From: Raillietiella orientalis
Taxonomy: Eukaryota
Direction: 5' to 3'
Length of the DNA stretch: 64,000 nt
Assembly (NCBI GenBank): GCA_036172245.1
Contig: JAYWIR010000004.1
Coordinates: 4,154,001-4,218,000, forward strand
The position numbers were made by a program, and so were the translations under genes. This document shows, piece after piece, positions 50,350 to 63,840 of the stretch. The notes beneath the pieces were generated by a model that saw nothing but the letters and a program-made list of their open reading frames with translations, was not told where the DNA came from and made no database searches. The number at the start of each line of letters is the position of its first letter. Position 1 is the stretch's first letter.

Positions 50350-53150
50350 TGAACTTTTAACGAAGGGAAGAAGGATAGATCTTCATCCAATCGGCGGGAC
50401 AGCATTTCCTGAAGTTATCTATCAAATTTAGAACATTGGTGGCAGGAACATTTTTTGTATGTTGAGATGTCCAACGCTCAGCCAAGATTTCCTCGAATTA
50501 GAGTACTCGTGTTCCCCAAAGATCAAATGCAAGTGGAGCAGAATGACTATCCAAAGCGTCTCATGGAATCTCTAAAAGTTCCATTACATGTACCATTAAT
50601 CAATCTCACACTTTGAATCGAACTACTAACTTTGTCGCTCAATGGAACAAACTGTAATAGTTCTAACGTGTTCAGTCTTTTGTGTGCTATGTGAGTAGGA
50701 GTTGGACAAACGAGATCGGCTTGGTAGCTGACAGACATGAACTTGAGAACTCACACTTCCTCAATCAAACAGAACGAAGATGAGGCGAAACCCATTGCTG
50801 AATCTGACAAAGAAGCGAATTTATCTTCGGAAGCTTTGCTCGAATTCCCTAAGCTGATGATGGAGCCAGAGATGAAAGGATTCTCAGTTCAGATCCTTAA
50901 CACAAACAGTTCACCGGTTTTAGTTGTCTTGGACGGATGGGCAATCCGACGCATCTTCTTTCGATCACTGAAGAAATCCCGTGGTAAAAATCCAGCGATG
51001 TGAAGTGGCAGAGGGTAGCAGTAAAATCTCCTCGAAATGAATAAATGGAAATGGAATGACGGCAAAGTGTATCAGATGCTAAGTGAACTTGCCTAATAAG
51101 ATGAAAGGAATCAAGATGAATGGTCCCTCTCGAAACGAAACAAAAGCGCTTTTTAGTGATCGGAAAACAAGAACAGGAATTCAGTTGTGCACTTCTACTA
51201 TCCACCTCTGAACGAGAGAAGCTGTGTCTTCGGATTGTAAGGAATCAGGGTCTCCTGGTTTCTTTCAGCTCTGACGAAGTGCCTCTTAGCGATGAAAGTT
51301 CTGATTGCACATTCCATCCCTTCTTCAGATGAGTTTCGGTCTCTCAGAAGTTCAATTTTCACCTCTGCCACCATGATCTATTAAAGTACGAAATATGTGC
51401 TTTTAGACTAGATCGAATGCCCTCAGAAAAAAACCTCAATTCATAGAAAGGATCTGGACCACGCCATCATGACTTTCAGGCAAAGTACACACGATATACT
51501 ACAATCTAAATGGTGTTCAAAATGTAAAACGTGGAATCCACGCAGCATGCCTCTGAGTGCATGCGCAATGCGTTCCAAAATTGCTGAGACTGAGCATTCG
51601 TGCCCGAGAAAACATGTCTTCCTCTGCAACCACACAGAGATTCGTGGCTAACGCCCCTCAGAAGCTCAGAGAGGTTACCTGGGGTATGAGTAGAACGAGA
51701 ACGATCGATCTCCAAGACTCTTGGACATGGCTGCCAGCTGTGCTCCTTCTCACATAATGAGGCAGATTCCGCGTTCACACTTGAAAAAGCCTCCCACACA
51801 GCTTTTTTTCTTTTTCTTTTCTATTCTCTATTCACAAAGGAAAACATTATGATCTGGAGAGTATGGAACGGAGCTTCATTTTTGAAATGAGGCTGCACCA
51901 GCTGTAGCAATGTCTCAAATTCCTCACTAGAAGTGTTTCCCTGTCTGACGGAAGCCGGAAGGACATGCGATGATAGAGAAAGCCCGCATCAATGAAAGGA
52001 ATCTGGAGCCACTGCAAATGAAATGGTCCATCTCCCAAAGGACCAGCCTAGATAAATCTTAAGCTGACTCTAGCGTCCGTTTGGACATCCTCTGGGAGCA
52101 CATATGAGTGCAGTACACATATACACACAAAAGAAATACAAAGCTGTGTTTGCGCGTTTATTTCAAACAAAAAATATGTCTTGCATCATTAACATGCACT
52201 GGGAAACCCGATGTCCATCACTATTATTCCAGGGAGATCATGAATGCCCATATTGCTCTCGGGATGCCATCCGATGATCTCAGAAAACACAAAGTAGCAG
52301 TGAACTTTCGAGAAAAAGTTACAATGTTAGATGAAAGAGGTCTCTCTTCCACTCGTGAGGAGAGACAGCTTTTATGAAACCTACCGAGGAGACCTCCATG
52401 GAAAACTTTCGGTTTCCAGGGGAAAGAGTGCCTTTCCGGATGAGAGTTCGCGAGGACAAACTAAGCAAGTAGCGGGAAAAACTGGAATGTAATTCCACAA
52501 GAAGTATATATCCATAATAAAGGAGAAGAGAGACGAAGAAAAAAGTGGCAGCAGGGCGACTAATTCAGGAAGGTTTACTCACCATTCATGTGAAGCGACG
52601 GCTAAAACAAGGATGCAACTTTCTACGAGGCGTCTTTTTCTTGGCAAGACTCCTTGATCAGAAGCATTACGGAGACCCTGGCCAGTAGCCGACGGACTCT
52701 CGGAGAGGAATCTCCACCAGGAATTTTCCGAGAGGGTGCTGAATCATTCTAAAGCACAACGGTGGCCCTCGACGGGGCCCACAGATGAAAAGAAGGAAAA
52801 CATCGGAACCACGTACTTTCCCTTTCAGTCTCAGGAACCCGAGTGCCAATTCGCATGATTGATATCGGCTGATTGGGACAAACACGGCAAAAATGGTGCC
52901 GTTTTGCAAGAGTCAGAGAGTTTTGCGAATGTGCGAGACCAGCTCTGTGAGCTGATGATGTAGTCCAGTGTCCCACGCAGCCGGAAACATCTACTGGGAT
53001 CAATGGCTAGCAGGCCTTCCACCCAACCACGCAGAAAGTTGAGTCGTAAGAAGACTGACAATCTTTCAGAGGCAAGCATACTTAGTTCAGGAGCCAGAAA
53101 TCCCCGTTGGCAAGTGGGAAAGTGAAGGCAAACCTGTCGAGTCAAGCTGT
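50350..53150 (-). mobile_element. Degenerate LINE ORF2 (endonuclease to C-terminus)
   Basis: LSVFLR..RGWVEGLLAI (~YxxFRxDR..GGGV), VMMAWSRSFL, KRLNTLEL..RLING, SGNAVP (~WNxLP). Confidence 0.4.
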
Positions 53151-54249
53151 TTCACTGAGGAACATCCATCTTAGCGCAGCTTTTCTTCAAAGCTGAACGT
53201 TTCTGGCACACCGTGAAAGCTGTGGTGAATCCCTCCTTTGCATATCCGTATAAAATCTCGGATCGTCTCAGTAAAGTCTCTTGAGATACACTCTTTCTAC
53301 AGGGAAGCAACAAGTGAAGCAATACTGCTGTGTGTTTTGAGCTGAGATCCGGAATACCAAAGCTCCCCAGATGGACATTCTAATACACAAGGATGGCAGG
53401 AGGACTCTCCCTCGAACGAAATTCTGACTTTTCCCGGTTTACACCGAATGGTCAGTCAGTGCGAAGACCCTTCGAGACGGCTCTCGTCAGTTTGATACAC
53501 ACGGTGCTCTCCGTTGTGCACCGGTGAGGGACTTGAGGGACCGGAGAGTGAAGAATCAGCATCGGAGGAAGAAAATAATCAATCTAGGATCTATTTGGTT
53601 AGAGACGAGTCCCACCCTGTCTTTGGAAGCGCAATGAAAGCTCCTTCCTCAGAAACAATCCTGTTTGAGGAAGCGGCAGCGCTTCATATAGGCGACTGAA
53701 ATTGCCCAATAACTGTCTGAATAACTGTTTACAGATTCTGGAACCATTCATTCGAGACACTGGCATCCCAGATTTTCACAGCAGATGATAAAAAATGTCT
53801 TCCTGTGTGATGGTTTCAACATCAGCTCTCGGCGAGCTCAAGCTGATAGATGAACACTTGAGTTGTACAGAGTGTGAGCCTCTGAAATACACAGTTGCCT
53901 TCCAAAATGCACTCACATTCCTGCTTTCTCGATGCTGAGACGAAAACCCTACCTATCACATGTGGGTTTTGTCTTTTCCTAACACCAAGTGACTTGAGAG
54001 ATACCAAACATCTGAGGCTGTGCTTTCAAAAGATCCAGAAACGAAGTGCTGGCTTCATTCTTGCCTCTCCATAGGCTTCGAAAACACCTGATCAAATCAT
54101 TCTGCTTCATCATCAATAAACAAAATGCATATTCCTGAGAGAAACAACAAAACAAGTTTCAGAAACAACCGTGTTGTTTCTAAAACTTGAACGTGTTCCG
54201 AGCTGTTCTGCGAATTGGCTCGAATGATCATTAAAAGCCGAATTATAAG

Positions 54250-55450
54250 AAAGTGAGTGATGGTGCTTCCATCGAATTCAAAGTGATGAAAAAGAGGGTT
54301 TGCAGGCAGGTATTCATCCGGAAACACTAAAGGACGTGCGTTAGGATCAAAAAACAAGATTGCTGAGATAGCAAACACAAGACCTCGCTCTAAAGAAGCC
54401 TTTTCTGAAAGTGGCAGTATCAAAAGCAAAAGTAGAACTGTTAATGACAAATCCCTTACTGATACAACAAAAAGGAGCAGATCGGATTTCATATATTTAG
54501 TCCCCCTCTGATGAAGTTGATTCTATTTTCTTCCGCGGTCATCATCTTTTCCTCCACTGATTGGAATTTTTGTTTCCAGTCACGTTTAAGCTCCACAAGA
54601 ACGCAGGAGTGGACTCAGATTTGCTTCCAAGAACAGCAGAAATCGCCGTTTGCCTCCTCCGCAACCCTCACTCATTTTTTTTGAATATGGAGGAAAACTG
54701 CGTCATGAAAAAAACTGCATGTATCATTTTTAACATTTGTTTGTTTCTGACAGGCTCTCTTCTCAGGTCAAAGTCAGACAATCCGAGAATCCAGTCCAAG
54801 ATTTGTCAGAAGGATACCCATTCACGTTCGGAAGCGCTTTCTGTTTTGATTTCTAGTATCCAAGTGATTGCTGGTCCATCGCATCGGTCTGTGTCGGAAA
54901 CATGAAAGAAAGAATGATTTCGGAACTTTCCAGAACTCTTGTCGCTCAAATCTGAATCCAATTCAAGCTTGCCTGGATAAATTCAAGTTTGTTAAAGGAC
55001 AAAAATTTGCTGATACGTTCCCTACTGTCTGTTGATTCTGTCCGTCAAAAAAAATATCCTCAAGGCGCCCTGTGCATTCGTTAGCCAGAAAATTACTGAT
55101 CTGCGGTTTTGCCGAGCGAGTGATCATGAATACTTTCGCATGAGTCAGAAGCAGGAATATTTTGCCGTTTTATCTCCACTGTACGTGAAAACTTATGGTT
55201 TCCCGATCAGCATTTCTCTGTGGAAAAAGCGGTACTCTGTATACCAAACGGGCTTGTTCGTTTTGAAAACGGCAGTCGGTGCTTCCGCGGACCTAACCGA
55301 TCGTAGGAACACGCTATCTGCAGAAACGTAGTCAGGATGAGAGCCAAGTTAATGATGCCGCTCGGTAAACCGCAGAATTGGTCACGAATTTCGAGAACAC
55401 GTCCAGGTGCCTTCGAAATCCAGCAAGCAAAAGAAGCTCTCAACTTTGTT
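54250..55450 (+). mobile_element. Degenerate LINE RT fragment
   Basis: GLQAGIHPETLKDV..SKAKV (~GxDxIxxxxLK..WKxAKV); LGKPQNWS. Confidence 0.35.
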
Positions 55451-55857
55451 TCTGCCTACTTTCTGAATAAGAGCAGTCCGCAAACTTTCCATAGTTATAT
55501 CTGCAGACTCACCTACCTGGAGCATCAAACATTTGTCACCTATTTTTTTTCTACAGCACTTCCGTTTAGTAAGACATTTCTCAAATATATCCTATGAAAC
55601 GAACTGAAAATGCGTGCTTACCCCATGATTTCTTTAGGCAAATGGGTCTTGAACTCTGTTTTGGCCACCACTTCTCCATGCGTGGTGGAACTAACATCCA
55701 TCTATCGCTGTTGCTATCGGTCGCCGAAGAGCGTGACACGGTGTGGTCCCTTCCGAGAATAAAGCTTCTCTTGATAAATCGACGAAAGACTTCTTTTTTT
55801 TGTGCTCACAACATCCAAAGTCATCGGTTTCTCAAAGCTGCCCGTTTTTTGTTTTGG

Positions 55858-55904
55858 GGACTGAGGTTCTTCCTGCAGGTGAACTGCAGGAAGAACCTCA
55901 GTCC
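55858..55904. repeat. Perfect hairpin, 21-bp stem with 5-nt loop
   Basis: ggactgaggttcttcctgcag-gtgaa-ctgcaggaagaacctcagtcc. Confidence 0.97.
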
Positions 55905-56839
55905 AGCTTGCAGTGGGAATTCGAACTTTTTGGCAGTTAATGGAACGCAGTGTTGCGTTCCATGGCTTTATTTTTTCCACGTGGACTCACGAAAGCATTC
56001 TTTCCAAAAGACTAACATTGCAAAAAGAATCAAGCTGGGCAAATAAAAGCATATGAATAAAATTCGTGAAAACCGGAAACAAGATGGGAGATCTCGAGGA
56101 ACTAAGAGAAAGGAAAAGCGGCTTATTAAAGGAAAGCGGTTTGTCCGGATCGCACGAGCTGCTGAGGTAGATGGAACGTTTTAGATAAGAAAGAATTAAG
56201 CTGAGAGCAACTCAGATTTCTTTATTAAGACATGCAACCAGCCACCAATCTTGAAGGCAGCCCATAGCCTACATGGTCTCTAAATATAACAACACTGCGC
56301 GTAAATTCGCCGATACAAAACCTGACAACTGGCACCACCCTAGATGACTGGTCCCAAGATGAAGTGCATCGTTAGTTGAATCAGCAGCCCCACTTTCTAC
56401 CTCCTATCATGGAATGGCTTGTCGAATTATTCCTCATATTTTGGCATCATCTCTTCTTGTGTCGTGGCTTTTTCTGCTTTAGAATGGAGAACTGATGGAA
56501 ACAGATGAGGGTTCTGCTGCGAAGTGTGAAGCGCTGAAGAACAAGAAGAGAGGAGTTTAGAAACCAGCCATCAGAACTTGGTGGAATCACAGGGAGCCAA
56601 AGAAACGGAAAGAGGCGGGTTTGGGAGCTAAATGGGGCGGAAGCTGAACTCAGAAACTGCACTTCAGAGTACTAATTTTCTCTGGTCGAATAGATCATCT
56701 TCAGTGTGATTCAACGGAGCAAGAAGGGACCACAGGCAAGAGACCGCATGATGAATCCGGGTTCAAAGTCGAACAATCAAAGAATAGTCTCTTCAAAGAA
56801 AAGTCGCTTCTCAGCCTTTTGGCTAACATCAAACATGAA

Positions 56840-59420
56840 ATATGTTCCAAGTAGTAGAATTGCCATTTCGTCTAAAACGTGAGCTGAAGCAGTTCTTTTT
56901 GACTTATCTGTGGAAGCATGAAAGTAGGCAGAGAAAGGCAAAATTCAAGGCCAATTGGCAATATAGAACTCTTGATGCCGATTCTCTCATCTCAATGATT
57001 AGAAAAAAATACGACCTCAAAGTTCCAGAAAAATGGGTAGAATAGTTTAATGTTTTCATAAACTAAAATAATCCAGCTCCAGAAATTATGTGCAGAAGAC
57101 ACTTGATCTTTCTGAAAAAAGGGAGTCACGCATCACAAGCATTGCTTGATCACGGTCCAAAGTACGTCACAGATTAATCCCTCACATCTCAAGAACCATA
57201 AGTCATAATGAATTCACAACAGAAACTGAGTACCAAATAACAGAATCAGTTAAGCAGTAGACGCTCAACCAGCAGCCATGCTACTTTCTCCATTCCTAAA
57301 TTAACACTATTTGGGTCCAGATTACTGGACTTTCCAGGTAGCTACAATGGCAGCTGAAAGTTAAGCATCCAGATTCATATCGGTTCACCCTTTACGGATA
57401 AGTGAATTTAAATGCGATGGATGCAACACTCGAGAGTTGTGCATTGGGCGTGATTTGAAATGTGAGACAGTCTAAAATCGTTTTCGCTACCGAAAATATT
57501 CCGCTTCGTCATGTTCAACATAGATGAGGCTCATAAATCATATTCCATCCAAGTACCGAGATGAAAATAAAAGAAATGAGAATAAATAATTGACAGAGTA
57601 ACTGAGAATAAAGCTATCATGCACTTTTCTATCTCCAAAAGTGCCTTAATTCTCAACTTGTTTTTTGCATTTCGTGTGTTGCGTCCGAGAGTAACTCTCT
57701 TTGGAATTCTTCAGAAGGCAGTGGTTGATGGCAAGGTAGAACTTTCAGCTGCTGATTGCCTCGCAGTAACAAGTATGCAGAGATTTGCCATGACGGTGGA
57801 AATAAATCTGGCTCTTTTTACTAAAGAATAAATGCACTCAAGACGATTTTTGCCTGCTGGTCAGCTGGCAGTCGTCTGTGTTACGTCTGTTAAATTGCAT
57901 GCAACCAAACCGGACGGACGCTGATGAAGCCATCTTGATGACTCCACGAAAGAATGCAAAAGGAGGGAGAAGATTTCAGCAAAAGGGGAAGTGGCATTTT
58001 TCTAGATGTGTGGATTAAATAATCCGAAAAGATTCGGTATCAAACTTTGGAAAAAATCAGAAGTTCTTATGGCACCAAATAACACAATCCTGGTCTTTGA
58101 GCACAGAATTTTCGCAAACTTGAAGGGCTACTTATGCTGGATGTTTATTCACGTCCTCAGAGTTGAATGTTCGTCACGGAAAATGCTGCACGCATCGTTC
58201 TGCAGAGAGCTTCATATCAACTTCAACCAGAGTATAAGTAGTGGGACTTCTGAATGAGTGGATTTCCACACATATCTTTCGTAATAGCATCAAGCAAACC
58301 TGGGCCTTCTGAAAAAGAGATGATTATTGCATTCCTGATGATTTGGGATCATGGAAGCCGATGTATTTTTCTGATCAGGGCTTCGAAAATGTAGCTGATT
58401 ATTCCTCTCAAAGATATGGAACCCTGGAAAAAAAAGAGTAGAATAAATCACTGGATAATCCTTTCTTGAGAATATCTCATGAATGGATCAATACATAACA
58501 TAAATATACATCCTTCAGCGAAAGACTTATAATGGCAATGATACATTAAGGGAAAGTTTTGCTAGCCTCAGTACCCTCAACGGACGGAAATGAGAGTGCA
58601 GCCTCATTAAAGCAGAATGAGATCAGCATAAAGACTCTAAGAGGCCTGAGGCACACCTGGGGTCAATAGAAAAGACACGGAGACTCGCAAAATAGAGTTC
58701 TCGAAAGATCTCGTGCCACTGAGAGCGGACAGACACTAAAACGGAAGAAAAAATTGGACATTTGGAACGATAGGAAAACAAAAACCTCTTATGCATACGA
58801 GTTCTGGGTCCCAATGTACTCCCACAAGTACGTTTAATTGGTAAGGGGTGTAAATACGAGAGTTTTAATTTACTTGAACTGAGACTGAGAATACTTTTAA
58901 AATGTCGCAAGTTGCTCATGGACATCGCAGGCGTCGACTTGTCCTTTGGGAGCATGCTTTCGTTCTTCCACGACATCGCATAGGCACCAGAATGAACTTT
59001 GGAAGCATGAAAGATGTTCCTTATCCGTTTTTTTTGATCTTTCCTTGAAAGCTAAATAGAAATGTAAGCGGGATACTTCTTAAGATACCAGGATGAGCTG
59101 AAGTATGATCCCTAGTCTCCGAAAAACAAGTTCCAGGAACAAGAGATAATGAAAACGCCAATGTGAAAGGAACGCGTTTCTGCAGACTGGTTCAAAATGT
59201 GAAGACGTCATTAAAGAATGCCAAAAATTCCAAATTCCCTTTTTTAGAAGTGCACTGACACCCGGGATTTCGAGCAGTGTGGCATGTCTGGGCTGCCATT
59301 GCCTTTGTCAAGTGTTTACAAGGAGCCGTGGTAACCATGGTGCAGAGATTATGGAACTCAGTACCTTATATTGAACAAGTGCAATGCGTTTCTGAGGTAG
59401 AGCAAGTCAGTTGAAGGATC
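56840..59420 (+). mobile_element. Degenerate CR1-like LINE ORF2 (linker, RT, 3' end; possibly two copies)
   Basis: NWQYR..SMIRKK, FSISKSA, QKAVVDGK, DADE (57918-57929 region; ~YADD), KRFGI, SYAYEFWVP (~EYAxxVWxP), QRLWNSVP. Confidence 0.55.
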
Positions 59421-59649
59421 ATTTGAACACTGGAAGAGATCCCTGGATTCTGGGAAGAGCTCATTTATCGAGAGCTAGAAAGCAAGCTTGTCACCTGATT
59501 GGGGACACTCTTCAGCAAAAGCGGACCACAATCCATTACGGCTTCCGAAAGCCAGGCATTGGAATTCGAATTTCAAAATGAAATCAGGAAATGTTCTAGG
59601 CTTTGCCTAAGATGAGGCATCTCTTTTGAGTGAGAAGAATTCTCGCATA

Positions 59650-59960
59650 CTCCAACCAGAACGGCAAGTGTTTAAGTCGATCTCTTTTGTCCCCAGATAT
59701 TCTGCTGCTGGTGTGCTTTCATTTCTGATATTTTTTGTTATCCTCAAAAGTTCCCATCGCCTGCAAATTTTGTTGTGCAATTCTGCAGGAGGTTCAACAT
59801 GTTCACCTCTAGAACGACCCGCAGCAAATTGGAAAGTGAAGGTAGGACAAAAAACAAGGAGTGATCGTCAGCAACTTCTAAAGATGTGCGGAGAAAGTAG
59901 GTACTTTCTAAACATCCAATCCTATATTTTCTTTTCGAGGCATCTTTTTGAAATCTCAAC
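59650..59960 (-). mobile_element. Degenerate LINE RT catalytic region
   Basis: LEVADDHSLFF (~FADDTxL) followed by EYLG..ID. Confidence 0.45.
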
Positions 59961-61959
59961 ACAAAGGAGCTCAGAAAGGGTTGCTGGTTCTGCTGCGTTC
60001 GTGAAAGTTAGCCGATGTCCTTCCTCCTGCGATGGTCTCGGTCTTTTTTTTTTGCGTTTTTTTGAGATTCTGTAGAAGGGTGAGGTGCGGCCCACTCGTC
60101 GAAAGTCCGTTTTATCTTCGGCACCAATCGGGATTCCCCAGCTTTGGGGACGGCTCCAGTTCACTTGCACATCTATCCCCTTTCCAATTCCCACTTTCTC
60201 TCAGAAGTTTCTCCGGGTCCACAGGCCAACCACGCTGATCACTGCGATTATGCTGCATCGATCCGATGAACTTCTCACTCTGGTTTTCCCGCTTCTAACG
60301 TTCGTGGTTGGGTCCCTTCTCTCCCATAAGAGTATCTATGCCCGTGTGGCAGGAATGCTCCCACACCGATCATCCGAAGGAACAGAGCTGTCACTGGCGA
60401 GGACCTTCACTGATCGCTTCGGAAGAGGATACGAAGCTTCGTGGCTTCAGGGAGTATTTTTATGCGATTCTTCCAGAACGCCCAGAGGCTTTGAAGAATG
60501 CATGGCTCGGGGTGGGATGCTCCAGATGGAAAATCCCTTACCTATATCCGTATTCCTGCTATTCCTGATCAGGCGAGCATCCCCCTTCCTCCCTCCCCCT
60601 TCCTCCTTTTTTTTTTTTTCCTCTTGCAGACTCGCCTAGTGAAGCATCAAAATCACGGCTGCCAGTTCGTATGACCACGGGCGCCATGCAAGTTTAAGTA
60701 GGAATGGAGCTTCCAGTCTCTTCAGGGGCAAGATCAGGAGCGTTCGCTCTTGGTTGTCGGGAGCAAGATCGATCAGCTGCATCGATTATAGTCAAGAAAT
60801 ATTTCAATGCTGCTAACGTTGCGGAGGACAGGGGTTTGTTGAGATCGACTAAACCTCACTGCTTGAGAGGAGCTCCTTCTGTGACATCACGAAATTCGGA
60901 ATTCAAAGATTTTTCGTCCTCCCTGAAGAAAGAAGAAGTGCATAATCTGGGTATGCTTTCTTATCTTCTTTGAAGACAGAGGAGCTTCTCCGATATGGCA
61001 TTTGCTCTTACTTCTGATGCTCAGAATCACTGTGGACCAGAAGCAGATTCCCGGAAGTCATTTTCATTCTTGGGGTTACTCTGCAGGTCTCCAAAAAAAA
61101 AAAGCTGCAGAAAATTCTGTTCTAGGAGGCCGTTTCAGGATTCGCATTGATTCCCCTTTTCGGTTGGTCAACTTTTTCTCCAGGCAGTTTTGAGCATTGC
61201 TTGTGCATAGTCTTGAAAGTAGGCTATAAAGTCTCGGGGCCGATAACCAAAGGCTGTTCTTCCTTATCTGAGACTCTCTCGTATTTTTTCGTCACATGAA
61301 TGTTCCCACATCATGATGAACCTATCGTTGTCTTTTTGAAATTGGTTTCTTTGCTTGCAACCCTTACTTCAGGTTCTTTTGCTGAGGTCACCAGAGCTCA
61401 AGTCGAGACTTCCCTCTCATGTGCCCCATTCTTACGCCGAACACTTTTTCAAGCTTGAGCACCATCCTGTTTTTGGTAAAATGAAAATGCCATGCGATCA
61501 TCCGTTTCTCCGGCGCAAGGCGTTTCTCGAATTTTCGAAAGAATTGGGCTAAGAATTCGGAAGCAATCCACTGCTCATAGGTTGTTTGAAATGCAGCTTA
61601 AGATTTTCTGGAATAGACGTAATTGCAAAAAATTGATTTTTGCATTTTTTTTTCCATGCCAGGCAGTCTATTCGATATCACGTCAAGTAAAAATAACACA
61701 TTACTTGCAATCCATTATTTATTATAATTATGCTCTGTGTTCTGACATATACTTTGAATGTTTCACTGCCAAATATCTTGCGTTCATAGATAGAATTTCC
61801 TTTTTGTTCGTTTTTCGATCTTTCTCCTAATCGAGAAGTTTGGCTGAGGTTTCAGGAAAATTAGGGGTATTTTAGAGATTAGCGATCGACTTTGACGATA
61901 TTCAATCTCCCGCCATCATGATGCTCTTCATAGTTATGAATCGTCTTGCTCATCTCGGG

Positions 61960-62500
61960 TGGCAGCTGAGGAAAGCACCAGAGATCCGACTGAAATCTTG
62001 AGAAGCATGAGATGCTCTGAAGACATGGAACTTCGAATGAAAACTACAGGCTTCGGCGAAAATACCTCATGGGTGGTACGCGTAAGTACAAGGAGTAATG
62101 CGTCTTTGCGGATAACTCCCCACGTCCTCTATGTGATCAGCATGCTTCACACAAAACCTTTCCAAGAGTTTCTCGACTGGAGGTATTACCAGAATAATGA
62201 TGAGCACATTCTGTGAAATTTCTTCCGCGAAACTTCCGCATCATTATTCCGATTTCTTAATCATTTTTGCAACAGTGTTTGTATTTTGTAGAGCAAACCT
62301 TGATCCTCAAGTCCTGCAACACTCAAAGGACATTTACGTGTTCTGCCGATGTATAATCGGTATTTTGGGCGAAATCTGTTTCTGCCAATTCAAATGGTGG
62401 CTGCCTCTGACAACCATCTTCTGATCCTCCGGAATCCCGATCAGATTTCTGCCGCCCTCAATCATCAAGGGATAGGCGTTTTGAGACGCGGTTTACCATG
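61960..62500 (-). mobile_element. Degenerate LINE RT fragment
   Basis: VEKLLERFCVKHADHIE (~KVLERIV..HLE); QDFSR (~LDFSKAFD). Confidence 0.4.
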
Positions 62501-63249
62501 TTACTGGCTGCTCAACACGTTCCCATTTCTTCAAAGAGTCTTCCTCGATGGTTCAAATGCTCTTCTCAAAATCTTTTCCCCTTTGGTTGGGAGTTGAAAT
62601 GCTCGCGAGACGAGAGCAGGATCTATCGGTGAGCAATAAATGCTGCTACAGGGATGTGCAAACGGGGTGCAACCGGAAACCTGATGAAGACCCCGTGAGT
62701 AAAATCATTTGCCAAAGAGTAAAGAAGAGTCATCGATTCGAAATTCCCTTCTGTCCAAATAATGTTACAATGAAGTGACCAATCGCATCATTCTTGGAGA
62801 AAGTGATAGAATGGCGCAATGCCTTCGAAAGCTTTGTGCGTTTTTTTTTTTTTTTTTTTTTTCGGGTTTCGATTCATTGATATATAGGGATATGTTGGAA
62901 TTGAATTCAGAATTATAATCGGCAAGTGAATTCATTTGAGAGGCTTCAGGAGGTGCACATGAGACGGGTTTGGAGCGCTCTGTGAGTACTCTGGCGGAAT
63001 CGGAAGAGTTTCAGTGCAGACGCTACTTGTGCATATTGATTTGCTACGTAGAATTCCCGAAGAGCTTCTGGAGATAAGCACTTTCTCGTTTCATAGCAAT
63101 GTAAAGATTTCCTAGCAAATTTAGGGAATTAGGGAATTTGAGATCAAGTCTGTTCACGAAATAGTGCATTTGTGCCGCTTTAGAACGCTTCGATTCCGAT
63201 TTTGGTAGTACTACGAAATGCATGCTTTCCATTTATCAACATGCGGAAT

Positions 63250-63840
63250 ATCACTTGTTGGAGTGACATGTATTTTTTGCTTGCAAATCAGGCCATTTTT
63301 TGACAGTCACGTGCACCTGTGTGTGTCTGGAGAGCGTGCGATCCCCGAACGTGATTCTCCATTTTCGAAAGGCTTACGAAGAACATCTAAGCCGCTATCC
63401 CGTGATTTTGACAAGCTTGAGCAAACGAGACTCTCACTCGGAGGTTCGCTTTCATTTTTCCAACTCCTGCGGACGCGCAGAAGATTCTTCCAGAAATCCG
63501 ATGGTGCTCCCAGCGCTCAGGGGAAGTGATCGTTTTTATGTCTCTGAGAAAGCGCACATCTTTGGCGAACACGTACGGACTTCTGCTCCAACTTGCGAGC
63601 TCTCAGGAGCCTTTCGGTTGCTTGCTTTCCACCGCCACCATCACCCAGCGTAAAAGTCAGATCGTGCGATGTGTGTGCCAAGAAAATCGCAGCACAATTT
63701 TCGAATCTCGTGGGAACGTCTTTGGCTTTCACCACGAACCAAGCCAGCCGCGCCAGGAACCCGAACGTGACTCTTTTCATCTGGAGCATGAAAGGGACTC
63801 AGAACCAGAAATTAGATACCGCTAATCTTCCTGTTTTTTG
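63250..63840 (+). mobile_element. Degenerate BEL/Pao LTR-retrotransposon integrase N-terminal region
   Basis: Frameshifted RLSLGGSL (~LRVGGRL), RNPMVLP (~KHPIILP), KAHIFGEH (HH) and VKVRSCDVCAK (CC): the HHCC zinc-binding context typical of BEL/Pao pol. Confidence 0.55.

Noticed and set aside
57921..57951. CTGATGA..GAAA hammerhead-like motif
   Set aside because: Helix II and core spacing are non-canonical, and it coincides with the decayed RT (Y)ADD codons.
62681..62704. ctgatgaagaccccgtgagtaaaa resembling a Penelope-type minimal hammerhead
   Set aside because: Helix II does not pair properly and GAAA is absent; no repeat copy or GIY-YIG/RT context seen.
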